59,422 nt of DNA from Octopus bimaculoides (Eukaryota), in assembly GCF_001194135.2 (NCBI RefSeq), contig NC_068988.1:14826765-14886186 (forward strand). Reading direction: 5' to 3'. This document shows, one piece after another, positions 24,050 to 36,680 of this stretch (positions within the stretch are counted from its first letter, which is position 1; each line of letters begins with the position of its first letter). A program made the translations under genes and the position numbers. The notes below the pieces were generated by a model that saw only the letters and a list, made by a program, of their open reading frames with translations, made no database searches and had not been told where the DNA came from.

Positions 24050-24689
24050 AATAATCTCTCGTTTGTATCAGGCTAAAATGATTTTTAATCCTTGTTAGGA
24101 TTATCTTCTGACCTTAAAACAGCTGTATCAACAACAGAGTTAAGGGTACTGCTATAATGAGATGATCTCAGTAAAACTTACAACAAAAACAAAAATAACA
24201 AAAATACAAAACAAACAAAAAGAAATGGATCTATTATTAGAACATGTCTTTAATCTTTTGTCTTTTACCTGTTGCAGACATTAGACACTGGCCATGCTGA
24301 GGCAATGCCTGAAGAATTTTAGTCAAACAAATCAACCTCAGAACATTTTTTTTTCTTTTTAAGACTGTACTTATTCTATCAGTCACTTTTGCTGAACTGC
24401 TAAGTTACGAGGATATAAACACACCCACACTGGTTGTCACGCAATGATGGCAGACAAACATAGACACAAAGACAGACACACATGCACACACATGTATGTA
24501 TGTGTGTATTTGTATGTGTGTATTTGTATGTGTGTATTTGTGTGTGTGTATATATATATACATATACATATATATATATACATATATGTGCAACATACAC
24601 ACAGATACACACATATATACTGGGTGCTTTTGACGTGGCACCAGTACCCACACCATGCTTTTTACATGGTACCTTGGTTTCAGGATCTC

Positions 24690-24797
24690 AATTCTGTTGT
24701 GGTGGGCAGGTCTTCTCAAGCAGAGCAATGTGTCACATATTTCAGACCTCCATCATCTCCTCCAGTAGGTTCAGTATTTTGAGATCAGCCTTCAATA

Positions 24798-24800
<3 letters not shown>
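24690..24800 (-). mobile_element. Old RTE LINE C-terminal fragment
   Basis: VLKADLKILNLLEEMMEV*NM*HIALLEKT resembles RTE ORF ends; contains stops. Confidence 0.45.
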
Positions 24801-24846
<46 letters not shown>

Positions 24847-24947
24847 GTCATCGTCAACATCACTTAACATCCAACTTCCAGGCATGCATGGATAGGACAC
24901 TTGACAGGAGACAGCCAGACAGAAAAGCTACCCAAGGCTCTGCGAGT

Positions 24948-25001
<54 letters not shown>

Positions 25002-25035
25002 ACATATACACGTATATACATTTATATATACAACA

Positions 25036-25416
25036 GGCGCAGGAGAGCCTGTGTGGTAAGAAGCTTGCTTCCTGACCACATGGGTCTAGGTTCAGTCCTA
25101 CTGCATGGCACCTTCAGCAAGTGTCTTCTGCTATAGCCTCTGGTTGACCAAAGCCTTGTGAGTGGATTTGGTAGATGGAAACTGAAAGAAGCCCTTCGTA
25201 TATATGTATATGTATGTATTTGTGTGTTTTGTTTGTGTCCCCCCCCCCCCACCATTGCTTGACAACCAATGTTGGTGTGTTTATGTCCCTGTAACTTAGC
25301 GGTTCGGCAAAAGAGACCGATAGAATAAGTACTGGGCTTACAAAGAATAAGTCCTGGGGTCAATTTGTTCAACCAAAGGCGGTGAAATGACTGAAACAAG
25401 TAAAAGAATAAAGAAC
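25036..25416 (+). mobile_element. Near full-length family A tRNA-derived SINE with internal TA/TG microsatellite
   Basis: tRNA-like head (gtgtggtaag...ggttcagtcc), ccttcagcaagtgtctt central motif, internal microsatellite and gaaacaagtaaaagaataaaga tail. Confidence 0.88.
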
Positions 25417-26124
25417 AGGTTTCCGCACAGTTTCCATTGACCAAATTCATTCACAAGGAATTGGTTGACTCAGGGCTATAGTAAAAACACTTGCCCAAGA
25501 TGCTGCCATGCAGTTTGACTGAACCTGACACCTCATGTTTGCAAAGCGAGCTTCTTAACCACACAGCCATGCCAACATCTATCTAAGTTTCCAAATATTA
25601 TCAATAACAAATATCTATGAATGAAAAACTATTTTGAATGGTATATATCACAACAATACTAAAACTTGTCCCCAGGCAATATTAAATCATGAGAAAATTT
25701 CATATGTAAAATACCTATTTGTAATTCAAAAGAAAAGAAGAAATGTTTGGTCTAGAGACACATAGAGACAAGATTCTTGCTGTATTCTTTAGGGGAAGAC
25801 GGATGTCCTATGAGAGTCTATCATAACATAAATGTCAGTGATAAGTGATAGCAAAGATATGTCACAGATGTAAAAACAATCAGGTGTTGTAACAGAGAAA
25901 TTTAAGCTGAATCAATAGAAAAAAACCTCTTGAGTGTGACAAGATTAAAATAGAAAAATATAAATAGATATAAATATAGTTAAACTGATATTTAGTACAT
26001 ATATACTCAAATTTTTCACTGTATATCACACATACACACACTCACACACTTATACATACATACAGATACATATATAGATATATGTACATATATATATATC
26101 TATATATATGTTTATATATGTGTG

Positions 26125-26305
26125 TGTCATCATCATCATCATCATCATCGTTTAACGTCCGCTTTCCATGCTAGCATGGGTTGGACGATTTGACTGAGGA
26201 CTGGTGAAACCGGATGGCAACACCAGGCTCCAATCTAATTTGGCAGAGTTTCTACAGCTGGATACCCTTCCTAACGCCAACCACTCAGAGAGTGTAGTGG
26301 GTGCT
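26125..26305 (-). mobile_element. Family D retroposon 3' end truncated at a TA microsatellite
   Basis: Matches other family D copies. Confidence 0.85.
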
Positions 26306-26427
26306 TATATATATATATACACACAAATATATGTTTATATGTATATGTATATATGTGTGTGTGTGTCTAGATAGATGTTTATATATGTATATATATGTAT
26401 ATATATATATATGTATATATATGTATA

Positions 26428-26490
<63 letters not shown>

Positions 26491-26511
26491 ATGTGTTTAG
26501 ATAGACGTTTA

Positions 26512-26543
<32 letters not shown>

Positions 26544-26800
26544 CATATACACACACATTTACATATACATGTATATACATGTATATATGTATGCATGTGT
26601 GTGTTTGTATTCACAAACATTGTATGTATGTATATATATATATATATATATATATAATCATTGTTCTCACTTTTGTCATTTTTATTATCATTCTCAGGTA
26701 ATGTTGTTAAACAATTATTTTGTAAGCACATGGGAATATAACACATACATAAACACATGTATTTGTTTATACACTAGACTCACTCTCTCTCTCTCTCTCG

Positions 26801-26853
<53 letters not shown>

Positions 26854-27109
26854 CTCTCTCTCTCTCCATTTTGTCAAGTCTTCACATTCTGAGTTCAAAT
26901 TCCATCATGGTCGTCTTTGCCTTTCATCCTTTTGGGGTTGATAAAATAAGTATCACTTGAGCACTGAGGTCGATGTAATCAACTGAACCTGCTTCCTTGA
27001 AATTACTAGCCTTGTGCCAAAATTTGAACCAGTATTAACACTAATGTCCATTAAATGTATTTCCCATGTTGTAATGAAACAATTGTAACTACAGAATTAA
27101 AATAGTACT

Positions 27110-27839
27110 ATAAATTCCACACACTCACACATACATACATATAATTATACACACACATGCCTACATAAATAATCACACTCACACACATATATTTATACTA
27201 TCATACAAAATATCCCTACATAAATAATTATATACATGCACACAGACACACATAAACTCATACACACACACACATATACACATGTCCACATATACAGAGA
27301 AATGCTCAAATTTATACTTATGAAAGTACACACATTCATATAACCATATACAAACATACCCACACAAATAATCTCAGATACGTGTGCACATACATATAAT
27401 CAAAGGCAGATAACCACACATGCATACATACAATTACACACATACATATAATCACATGCATATATGCTCATACAAATAATCCTACACATACATACATGCA
27501 TATATTCACACAAATAATTAGATGCATACACACACTCATACATACATTCATTTATATACATGTTCTCACAAAAATTATCTTACACACACACACATCAATA
27601 TAATCATATACATATATATAACCATACACACACATATACATATAATCAATCAAACACACACATGCCCACAAAAATAATCACGCATATACACACACAAACA
27701 TGTAGTCATACACACATGCAAACATATATTTATACACATACATGCTCAGATACACATGCCCACACACATGCCCACACACATACCCACACACACACATGCC
27801 CACACACACACACACACACACAACACACATACACATGAA

Positions 27840-27870
<31 letters not shown>

Positions 27871-28060
27871 ACACACACATACACATGAACGCACACACAC
27901 TCACACACACACACACTCACAAACACATATATACTCACACACACACACGCAAATACAAATATATATATGCACAAACACACACACACACACACACACACAC
28001 ATATGCACAAACACAAACATACACATTTACACATACATCCACAAACACTTAATCCATCAG
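27110..28060. repeat. Long degenerate CA/TA-rich low-complexity tract
   Basis: Directly visible. Confidence 0.9.
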
Positions 28061-28117
28061 AAAAAAAGAATATATAATCCAAAAGATTAATTCACACACA
28101 CACACACACACACACAC

Positions 28118-29100
28118 CTGATAGTAGTGGGTGTTTTAAACAAAGGTGTTCTTTTATAAACTGCATATCACCATTTCCATTAACACACATAATTTATAGT
28201 GTTGTTGTTGACCTTCTTGGCAAAATGAAACATTCCCAGAACCTCTCAAATATTCCACCTTTATTCTTTGTTTGGTCAGCAGACTCTTTGAAACAGTGAA
28301 ACATTTTCCACTGACTTCATTTGCTTGCATCTTCTTGTTGTTATAGTTGTTGTTACACTGTTTGTTCTTTGGGTTTGTTTTTTGTTTTTTGCTTTGATCG
28401 GAATCGTTAGTTGTTATTGTTTATTTTGTTTGTTTGCTTTCCGTTGCTCTGATTGCAATTGTTAAAATTATTCTTATTACTGTTGTTGTTACTGTTGGTA
28501 TTGTTGTGGTTGTTGTTCATAGTTTGTACTTTATTTTTAGTCAGTGAATTTTGGGGGTCTTTTTTAAGTAAAAGAAACTCAAAAAGTGGAAGTTCTTTAT
28601 ATTAAATTGTTGTCTTTTTTTTATTTTTGTTGTTGGTGCGTGTGTTTTTCTTGTGATTGTCTTGGCTTGATGTAATTATTGTTCTAGAAAGATTCCACCT
28701 CATTCTTCTTCTTCTCCTCCTGCTCTTCCTTTTTCTTCTTCTTCAGAAATATCTTCCAAAAATCACCCCCAAAACCCAACCCTTTACATAAACAAAAATA
28801 GAGAATTTAATATTTCCTATAAAATTTTCTAATCATTCTTCCTTTTTACCATTGTCGTCATTTATATTGCTATTATTGTTGTTGTTGTTGTTGTTTATGT
28901 TACATTTACCCTTGTCCTTCATCTCATCCTCTTCCTCGTCATCATCATCACCATCATCATCACCACCATCATTACTGTGATAATGAAGTAAGTAGAAAGA
29001 AACAAAAACAAACAAGCAAAAAAAGAAAATAAAACACACACACAAAAAAAATAAATAACCGCTACTAACAATTAACTTTAAGCTTCATCATCCATTAATG
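28118..29100 (-). other. Candidate 5' UTR-type first exon of a - strand transcript
   Basis: About 1 kb free of SINEs, A/CAA-rich on the - strand, ending at donor CAG|gtgtgt (28118). Only short ORFs. The 5' end is a guess. Confidence 0.3.
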
Positions 29101-29208
29101 TTATTATTTACAAGGGAATTATTTTAAAAACGATTATGTTATATTCTCCTTTGTTTCATTTTGGGTGAAAGCAAAAGCGAAATTCGCCTTTTTCCGCCAC
29201 CCAAACTA

Positions 29209-29222
29209 ATTGCCATAGTAAC
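29209..29222 (+). promoter_or_regulatory. RFX X-box-like site ATTGCCATAGTAAC
   Basis: One mismatch to GTTGCCATAGYAAC, about 320 bp upstream of the ATG at 29541 in non-repetitive sequence. Confidence 0.5.
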
Positions 29223-29452
29223 CTGACTTATTAGTAAACTCATTTGCCTAATCCAGCCCAATCTATCTTCTTTAAACACCTGTAATATCCTTCAAAAACA
29301 TTCAATCAAATTTCACTCTACCATGATGGATAGGGAATATTTAGGACAACGCTTCTGACTTTGGGTAACTATTTCAGAGTGTTTACCCCTAATTCTCACT
29401 CAATCTCTCTTTCACCCCCTGTTTCTTTCACTCCATTTCTCTCTCTTTCTTT

Positions 29453-29513
<61 letters not shown>

Positions 29514-29540
29514 TCTTTCTACAATTGAACACCTTCCAAT

Positions 29541-29793
29541 ATGGCAGCCAGAAACAGTACATACATAGAAGATGAAGAAGAAGAAGATGAACCAGAGGAA
29601 ATACCTGAAATATTCGAGAGGAATGTCTCACAGGCAAGGCCAGTGCATGGAAGCATCATTCGTGATAACAGAAAAATGCCTGCCGATGCTGTTTATGCCT
29701 CGACATCAAGAGAAATTTACCCAAAGCACAAGTACTATTCAACGGAATCATCAAGTTATGGTGGTTTTACAAGCAGCCTAACCATGACATCAG
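29541..29793 (+). CDS. Putative first coding exon of an unidentified gene (acidic N-terminus, 84 aa + 1 nt)
   Basis: Non-repetitive ORF MAARNSTYIEDEEEEDEPEEIPEIFERNVSQARPVHGSIIRDNRKMPADAVYASTSREIYPKHKYYSTESSSYGGFTSSLTMTS with aatATGG context and strong donor CAG|gtatgt (phase 1), downstream of a (CT)n tract. Confidence 0.8.
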
Positions 29794-30001
29794 GTATGTA
29801 ACATAATGCATATGCAATATGCATGCTCATTTATTTATCTATCTGTATTTATATATATATATATATATCATGCATGTTTATGTATGTATGTGTATACATA
29901 TATATATATATATGTATATGTATATATATGTGTATGCATATATATATATATATATATACATGTAATTTATCAAATATTTATTTATTTATTTATAAAATTC
30001 T

Positions 30002-30037
<36 letters not shown>

Positions 30038-30378
30038 NNNNNNNNNNNNNNNNNNNNNNNNNNNNNNNNNNNNNNNNNNNNNNNNNNNNNNNNNNNNNNN
30101 NNNNNNNNNNNNNNNNNNNNNNNNNNNNNNNNNNNNNNNNNNNNNNNNNNNNNNNNNNNNNNNNNNNNNNNNNNNNNNNNNNNNNNNNNNNNNNNNNNNN
30201 NNNNNNNNNNNNNNNNNNNNNNNNNNNNNNNNNNNNNNNNNNNNNNNNNNNNNNNNNNNNNNNNNNNNNNNNNNNNNNNNNNNNNNNNNNNNNNNNNNNN
30301 NNNNNNNNNNNNNNNNNNNNNNNNNNNNNNNNNNNNNNNNNNNNNNNNNNNNNNNNNNNNNNNNNNNNNNNNNNNNNN

Positions 30379-30451
<73 letters not shown>

Positions 30452-30879
30452 ATATATATATATTTATTTATTCATTTAGCTATTGGTGCATGTGTGTGTA
30501 TGAATTTGTACAAACTATAAATATCTAAAACCTAATGTTCTCTTTCCGGTCATAAGGTGAGCAACTGATCTCTGATGAAGCAGCAATAACTATTGAAACC
30601 AATCAGACCTTTCTCTTTCATAATACCACAAATAGAAAGCAACACTTGTGGTTTAACCATAATATCTACTTTCGACAGAAAGGCTAAAATGTGTTTACTG
30701 TAGAAAATATACACTTGTCTTACATTTCTGATATATATTTATATCTAATGTGTATATATATTTATACTTATAGTAACATTTTGGGAGAATCGTTTTTGCA
30801 AATATACGCAAAAAGTTTTTTAAAGAATGAATGCTTTATGTCTGTGTGTATGTGTATGTTTGCATGTGAATGCTTTTGT

Positions 30880-30899
<20 letters not shown>

Positions 30900-30917
<18 letters not shown>

Positions 30918-31290
30918 ATGTATATGTATGCCTGTGTGCATATTTTGATGTGTGTGTTTGTGTGTATGGCTGTGTGTGCATCAGTGTGTGTGTGTGTGTG
31001 TGTCTGTGTGAGCATGTGTGTGCATGCATGTGTCTTTATGTATATGTATGCCTGTGTGCAAATCTTGATGTGTGTGTTTGTGTATGTATGTGTGCATGTG
31101 TGTATTTATGTATATGTATGCCTGTGTGCATATCTTGATGTATGTGTTTGTGTGTATGTCTTTGTGTGTACATGAGTGTGTGTATGTGTGTCTGTGTGTT
31201 TATGTATATGTATGCCTGTGTGCATATCTTGATGTATGCATTTGTGTGTGTGTGTATGTCTGTATGTGTTCATGTCCGTGCATGTGTGTG
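30900..31290. repeat. Degenerate higher-order tandem repeat (unit tttatgtatatgtatgcctgtgtgcatatcttgatg + TG tract)
   Basis: The unit core recurs four times with variable TG spacers. Confidence 0.8.
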
Positions 31291-31503
31291 TGTGTGTACG
31301 TTTTATATGAAAATTCCTTCGTCCTCATTTTTCGGCATTATGGTTCAGTTGATTCTGAAATGTATTTCTTTATTTACTTAATGTCCAACCCATGCCAGCA
31401 TGGAATGGGGATGCTAAGAGTAGATGACAATGATGAATGACGATAACAACTGGTGGTGGTGGTGGTGGTCTTGGTGGCGGCAGTGCTGCTGCTGCTGATG
31501 CTA

Positions 31504-31535
<32 letters not shown>

Positions 31536-32504
31536 AATGAGGGTGAGGGTGAGTGGTGGTGNNNNNNNNNNNNNNNNNNNNNNNNNNNNNNNNNNNNNNN
31601 NNNNNNNNNNNNNNNNNNNNNNNNNNNNNNNNNNNNNNNNNNNNNNNNNNNNNNNNNNNNNNNNNNNNNNNNNNNNNNNNNNNNNNNNNNNNNNNNNNNN
31701 NNNNNNNNNNGTGGTGGTGGTGGTGGTGGTGGCAGTGGGAATGGTTTTGGTCGTGATGGTAATGATGATGATAGTGGTGAGACAGACGATGTCAATGTAG
31801 ATGATGACAATGATGATGATGACAACGATGATGATGATGACAATAAAGATGACAATGATGATGATGATGATTACATGATTTATTAAAACAGCCTTTTAAA
31901 ACACCACCACCACCACCACTGCCACCACCACCACCACTGCCACCACCAAATACCAATATACACATAGACAAGCTGCAATGATTGTATGTCTCTGATATTG
32001 TATATTTACGGTCTGTTGACCATTGATTATTATGTCACATTCTAATGAGTAACCCTGTGATGGACAGGCATTCCATTCAGAAGGAATATTGGTCTGCCCA
32101 CCCCCACAGTATGGCGGCAGAGTCTGAAAGCCACAACAATGTGAGGAATCACATTGTGACCAGCAGTGTATAACAACATCCAATGGTCTGGTTGATACAG
32201 CAATACAATGATTTTAATACAGATTTCCATATAAGGCAGTATGTTGGCAGAATCATTAGCATGCTGGGAAAAATGCTTAGCAGCATTTCCATCTGTCTTT
32301 ACATTCCAGGTTCAAATTCTGCCAAAGTCAACTTTGGATTTTTTTGTAAAAAATTTATTCCTTTTAAAAGAAGAAACTGTTTATTTTCATAAGAGAATGT
32401 TTAATGGTTTTAATGATCATGAATGTATATATATTCAACCACACAGATATATATTTGTGTGTTTGTGTATATACATACATACATTACAATACATTACATA
32501 ACTT

Positions 32505-32825
32505 ACTGGTACTCTATTGGTTATGATGACAAGTGTTCCATTTGATCTGGACAATGGAACAACCTGCTCATGAAATTAACGTGCAAGTGGCTGAGTACTC
32601 CACAGATACGTGTACCGTTAATGTAGTTTCATGGAGGTTCAGCTTGACATGGAATGTGACAAGGCTGGCCCTTTGAAATACAGGTACAACTTGTTTTAGT
32701 CAGGTAAGTGAACTGGAGCAATGTGAGATAAAGAGCCTTGCTCAAGGACATGATGCACCATCTGAATCAAATTAACAACCTTACAATCCCGAGCCAATTA
32801 CCCTAACAACTAAGCCACGTACCTT
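32505..32825 (-). mobile_element. Family C tRNA-derived SINE (gtgtccttgagcaag.cact central motif)
   Basis: Matches 55050-55372; partial copies at 7860-7975, 33765-33990, 46810-46915 and 47385-47475. Confidence 0.82.
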
Positions 32826-32829
32826 CACT

Positions 32830-33340
32830 ATACATATATACATACATAAATACATACATACATACATACATACATACATACATACATACACAGATACATA
32901 CATTCATACATACATACATAAATACATACATACATACATAAATACATACATACATGAATACATACATGAATACATACATAAATACATACATACATGAATA
33001 CATACGTACATAAATATACATACATGCATAAATATACATACATGCATAAATACATACATACAGGCATATATAAATATATACACGCATACATAAATACATA
33101 CACACATACATGCATACATACATACATACATAAATACATACATAAGTACATACATACATAAATATACATACATGTATACATACATACATACATAAATACA
33201 TGCATACATGCATACATAAATACATACATACATACACACACACATACAGACACACATACACACACATACATACATACATACACACATACATTCACACATA
33301 CATACATACATACATACATACATACATACATACATACATA
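32830..33340. repeat. (ATAC)n degenerate microsatellite
   Basis: Directly visible. Confidence 0.95.
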
Positions 33341-34065
33341 GGGAGAGAAGGAATGAGAAGGAGAGTTGTGACCCAAACCAGACGTTATATTACAGACGGA
33401 CAAATTTCACTATTATTATAATAAAGATTGACAGAATCATGAAACAATTTTTTGAATACCTTGCAGTAATTGTTGTGGCTGTTTGCATTCTGGGTTCAAA
33501 TCTCACCAAGGTCAACATTACCATAACATAACATTAAATGGTTATGAGGGTCCCTCTGAGTACAATAGAAACCAAAGGGGTCCATAGGTAAAGAAATGAT
33601 TGAGAACCCCTGACCAAGAGGCTGTGAACCCCTTCTCAGAAAAGATCATAACAAAATTTACATGCTACAGAAATCCCTTATTGAACCCTCGGAAAATCTT
33701 TGCTATGCAAAGGCAGATCTGGTGGGTCAGACAGATTAATGTCCTATGCAGGATGTGGAGACACGTGACTTATTAGTTAGTGGGGTTTGGGACTCATGAT
33801 ATTAAGATTGTGGTTTTCATTCCTGCACCAGGTGATGTGTTGTGTTCTTGAGCAAGACACTTCATTTCATGCTGTCCCAGTCCACTCAGCTGGCAAAAAT
33901 GAGTAATGCTGCAATGGACTGGTGTCCCATCCAGGTGGGTAATTTATACGCAATGGAAATCGGGAAACTGGCCCCTTTTGAGTCAGTATGACTCAAGAAG
34001 GTAACCTTTACCTAACCTTTTTACCTATGCAGGATGGGACAGACTAAGGACTAAAGTTTCATGCT

Positions 34066-34330
34066 TGCTTACTTGCTGCATGCTCTAGCTTGATGCAGCT
34101 GGGATCATCCCAGGTTAGTGGTCCCAGAGACATCATCATGAGTAGAGACAACCAGGTCCACCAGTGCTCTCCATCGCTGGCAATCCCATGCCAGCCCCTC
34201 TGCATCCTCCAAAGTGACATTGAGCCTCTGGAGATCTTCCCCCAATCATGTCCAGCTATCAAAGGAGCTCCCTATACCAGCAGTTCTTGACCACAGCTCT
34301 CAAAGCGTCATGTGGCCTCAATAGTCTTCC
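34066..34330 (-). mobile_element. RTE LINE 3' end
   Basis: WT*LGEDLQRLNVTLEDAEGLAWDCQRWRALVDLVVSTH (EDA..LA.D...WR.LV motif), then a short UTR and gcaagtaagcaagca tail. Confidence 0.7.
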
Positions 34331-34704
34331 CTCTATAAATATAAATTTTTAATTGAATTGTTTTTTTTGTTTTTTTGGTAGGGTGATAGTTGTAAACGAG
34401 TACCACTGTCATACAGTATCATCCGTTTCCATTACCAATATTCTGTGTAAACCAACTTGCTTGGAAAAAGGTGAGGGTTGGCAACAGGAAGGGCATCCAG
34501 CCATAGAATAAAATCCACCTCAATAAACTCTGTTCAACCCATGCACGCAAAGAAAAGTAGACATTAAAACAATGATGCCGTGGGGGAGATAGGAGGACGA
34601 TGACAACAACAATGACAATGATGACAACAACAACTTTGAATAAAAACTGCCTCGTTAGACTCATTTCTTTCTTCCTGTAACATCTATCACATCTTTTCAA
34701 AACA

Positions 34705-34995
34705 AAGTCGTTGCCAGTGCCGCTGGACTGGCTCCTGTACAGGTGGCACGTAAAAAACACCATTTTGAGCATGGCCGTTGCCAGTACTGCCTGACTGGCC
34801 CTCGTGCCGGTGGCACGTAAAAGCACCCACTACACTCTTGGAGTGGTTGGTTGTAGGAAGAGCATTCAGCTGTAGAAACTCTGCCAGATCAGATTGGAGC
34901 CTGGTGCAGCTTTCTAGTTCGCCAGTCCTCAGTCAAATCGTCCAACCCATGCTAGCATGGAAAGCGGACGTTAAACGATAATGGTGATGATGAAT
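34705..34995 (+). mobile_element. Family D retroposon 3' end
   Basis: Matches other family D copies. Confidence 0.85.
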
Positions 34996-35637
34996 ATAAG
35001 TGCCAAAGTAATTCCACCATTTTCTTCTTTATATCCAAGTTTTCCAGCCAAAACTGACACTCTGTCATGGTTATATATAGCTACTGGTGCCAAAGCATCA
35101 TGTAATAAGAAATACTAGCAAAACATACCCAGAGACATGCTTAGCATAAAAACTACTTGGCATTTTTACCCTAGTTCATATCACACTATTCAATATCTAT
35201 TCACCAGATATTTCTATGTTAGTGTACTTATAACTAAACAGTAAAGAATTTTGCTTCCCAACCAAGTGGTGTTAGGTTCAGTCCAGCTGAATGGCATCTT
35301 GTTCAAGTGTCTTTTGCTATATATAGCCTTGGACTAACCAATGCCTTGTGAGTGAAATTTCTAGAAGGAAACTGTGCAGAAGCCTATCATTATCATCATT
35401 TAATGTCTGTTTCCCATGCTGGTATGGGTAGGATGGTTTGACAGGGAACTAGTGAGCTGCAGAGCTGCATCAAGCTCCAATGTCATCTTTGACATGGTTT
35501 CTACAAATGGATGGCCTTCGATATGCACAAACTGGTGTTGTTATACCAACCAATCTACATCATGTAGTTCCTTCTTGTTGTTAATGGCTGGTCTCAATTC
35601 GTTTATAAGGAAACTCTCCATGATTCTGAGATTGCCC

Positions 35638-35672
<35 letters not shown>

Positions 35673-35677
<5 letters not shown>

Positions 35678-35990
35678 TCATAAGAATGGTACAACAAGGT
35701 ACCGATATTTGCTGGAGAATAGCAATCGATATAAAAACGACGCTATTATATAGCTTCACTGCGTATATACTGGCAAAAATGCGTGTGTGCAACAAAACAT
35801 GAAAAACTTGTCTTACCTTAGGAAGAACATCCGAAAATGGACAACCCAGATTAAGGATAATGCAATACCTAGGTTTCAGACTCTTCAAATACGTTTCACA
35901 ACGTAAATCTGATTAGTCCTTATCAGCTGCATTTACCTAGACAATATTTCAAATGCTGCTACATCAATGCCAAGTATACTATTTCTTATA
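35673..35990 (-). mobile_element. Putative Penelope pLTR-like fragment carrying a hammerhead
   Basis: Hammerhead motif at 35859-35933 followed by ATG (35830) and donor AAG|gtaaga (35816); ends at (TA)n. Confidence 0.5.
35859..35933 (-). ncRNA. Type-I hammerhead motif with extended stem II and C3.A8 core (probably impaired)
   Basis: - strand: AATGCAG CTGATAA GGACT [aaTCAGATt TACGTT gtga AACGTA TTTGAag] AGTCT GAAAC CTAG GTA TTGCATT. Palindromic ACCTAGGT stem III and GUA site. Confidence 0.65.
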
Positions 35991-36228
35991 TTTAATTGGT
36001 TATGCTATGATTTTATTTACTCCATGTACCCAGACATTGTGGACACCTTCTATATATATTTATATATATATATATACAAACTCAAATTAGGCAATCAACT
36101 TTTTGTACATACTTATACAGTTATAAATTCAACTTTAGATACGTATATATGCATTAATATATATTTTCCATATATATCCCACATGGATTCTATTAACATG
36201 TATTATTATTATATTTATTCTTTTATTA

Positions 36229-36680
36229 TTTTATTCTCTTACTCGTTTCAGTCATTTGACTGTGGCCATGCTGGAGCACCACCTTTAGTCGAACAACTTG
36301 ACCCCAGGACATTCTGTGTAAGCCTAGTACTTATTCTATCGGTCACTTTTGCCGAACCGCTAAATGACGGGGATGTAAACACACACGCATTGGTTGTCAA
36401 GCGATGGTGGGAGGACAAACACAGACACAAATAACAAATACATACATACATATACATATATATATATATATATATGACAGGTTTCTTTCAGTTTCCGCCT
36501 ACCAAATCCACTCACAAGGCTTTGGTCGGCCCGAGGCTATAGTAGAAGACACTTGCCCAAGGTGCTATGCAGTGGGACTNNNNNNNNNNTATAGTAGAAG
36601 ACACTTGCCCAAGGTGCTATGCAGTGGGACTGAACCCAGACCATGTGGTTGGTAAGCAAGCTTCTTACCACACAGCCAAA
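36229..36680 (-). mobile_element. Full-length family A SINE (small gap inside)
   Basis: Head and tail both present; head-to-head with the + copy at 36838-37118. Confidence 0.88.

Noticed and set aside
25036-25110. tRNA gene calls at SINE heads
   Set aside because: They are tRNA-derived heads followed by SINE bodies and do not form complete cloverleafs.
30566-30612. CTGATGA...GAAAC hammerhead-like spacing
   Set aside because: Stem II does not pair, stem I is only 3 bp, and stem III is mismatched.
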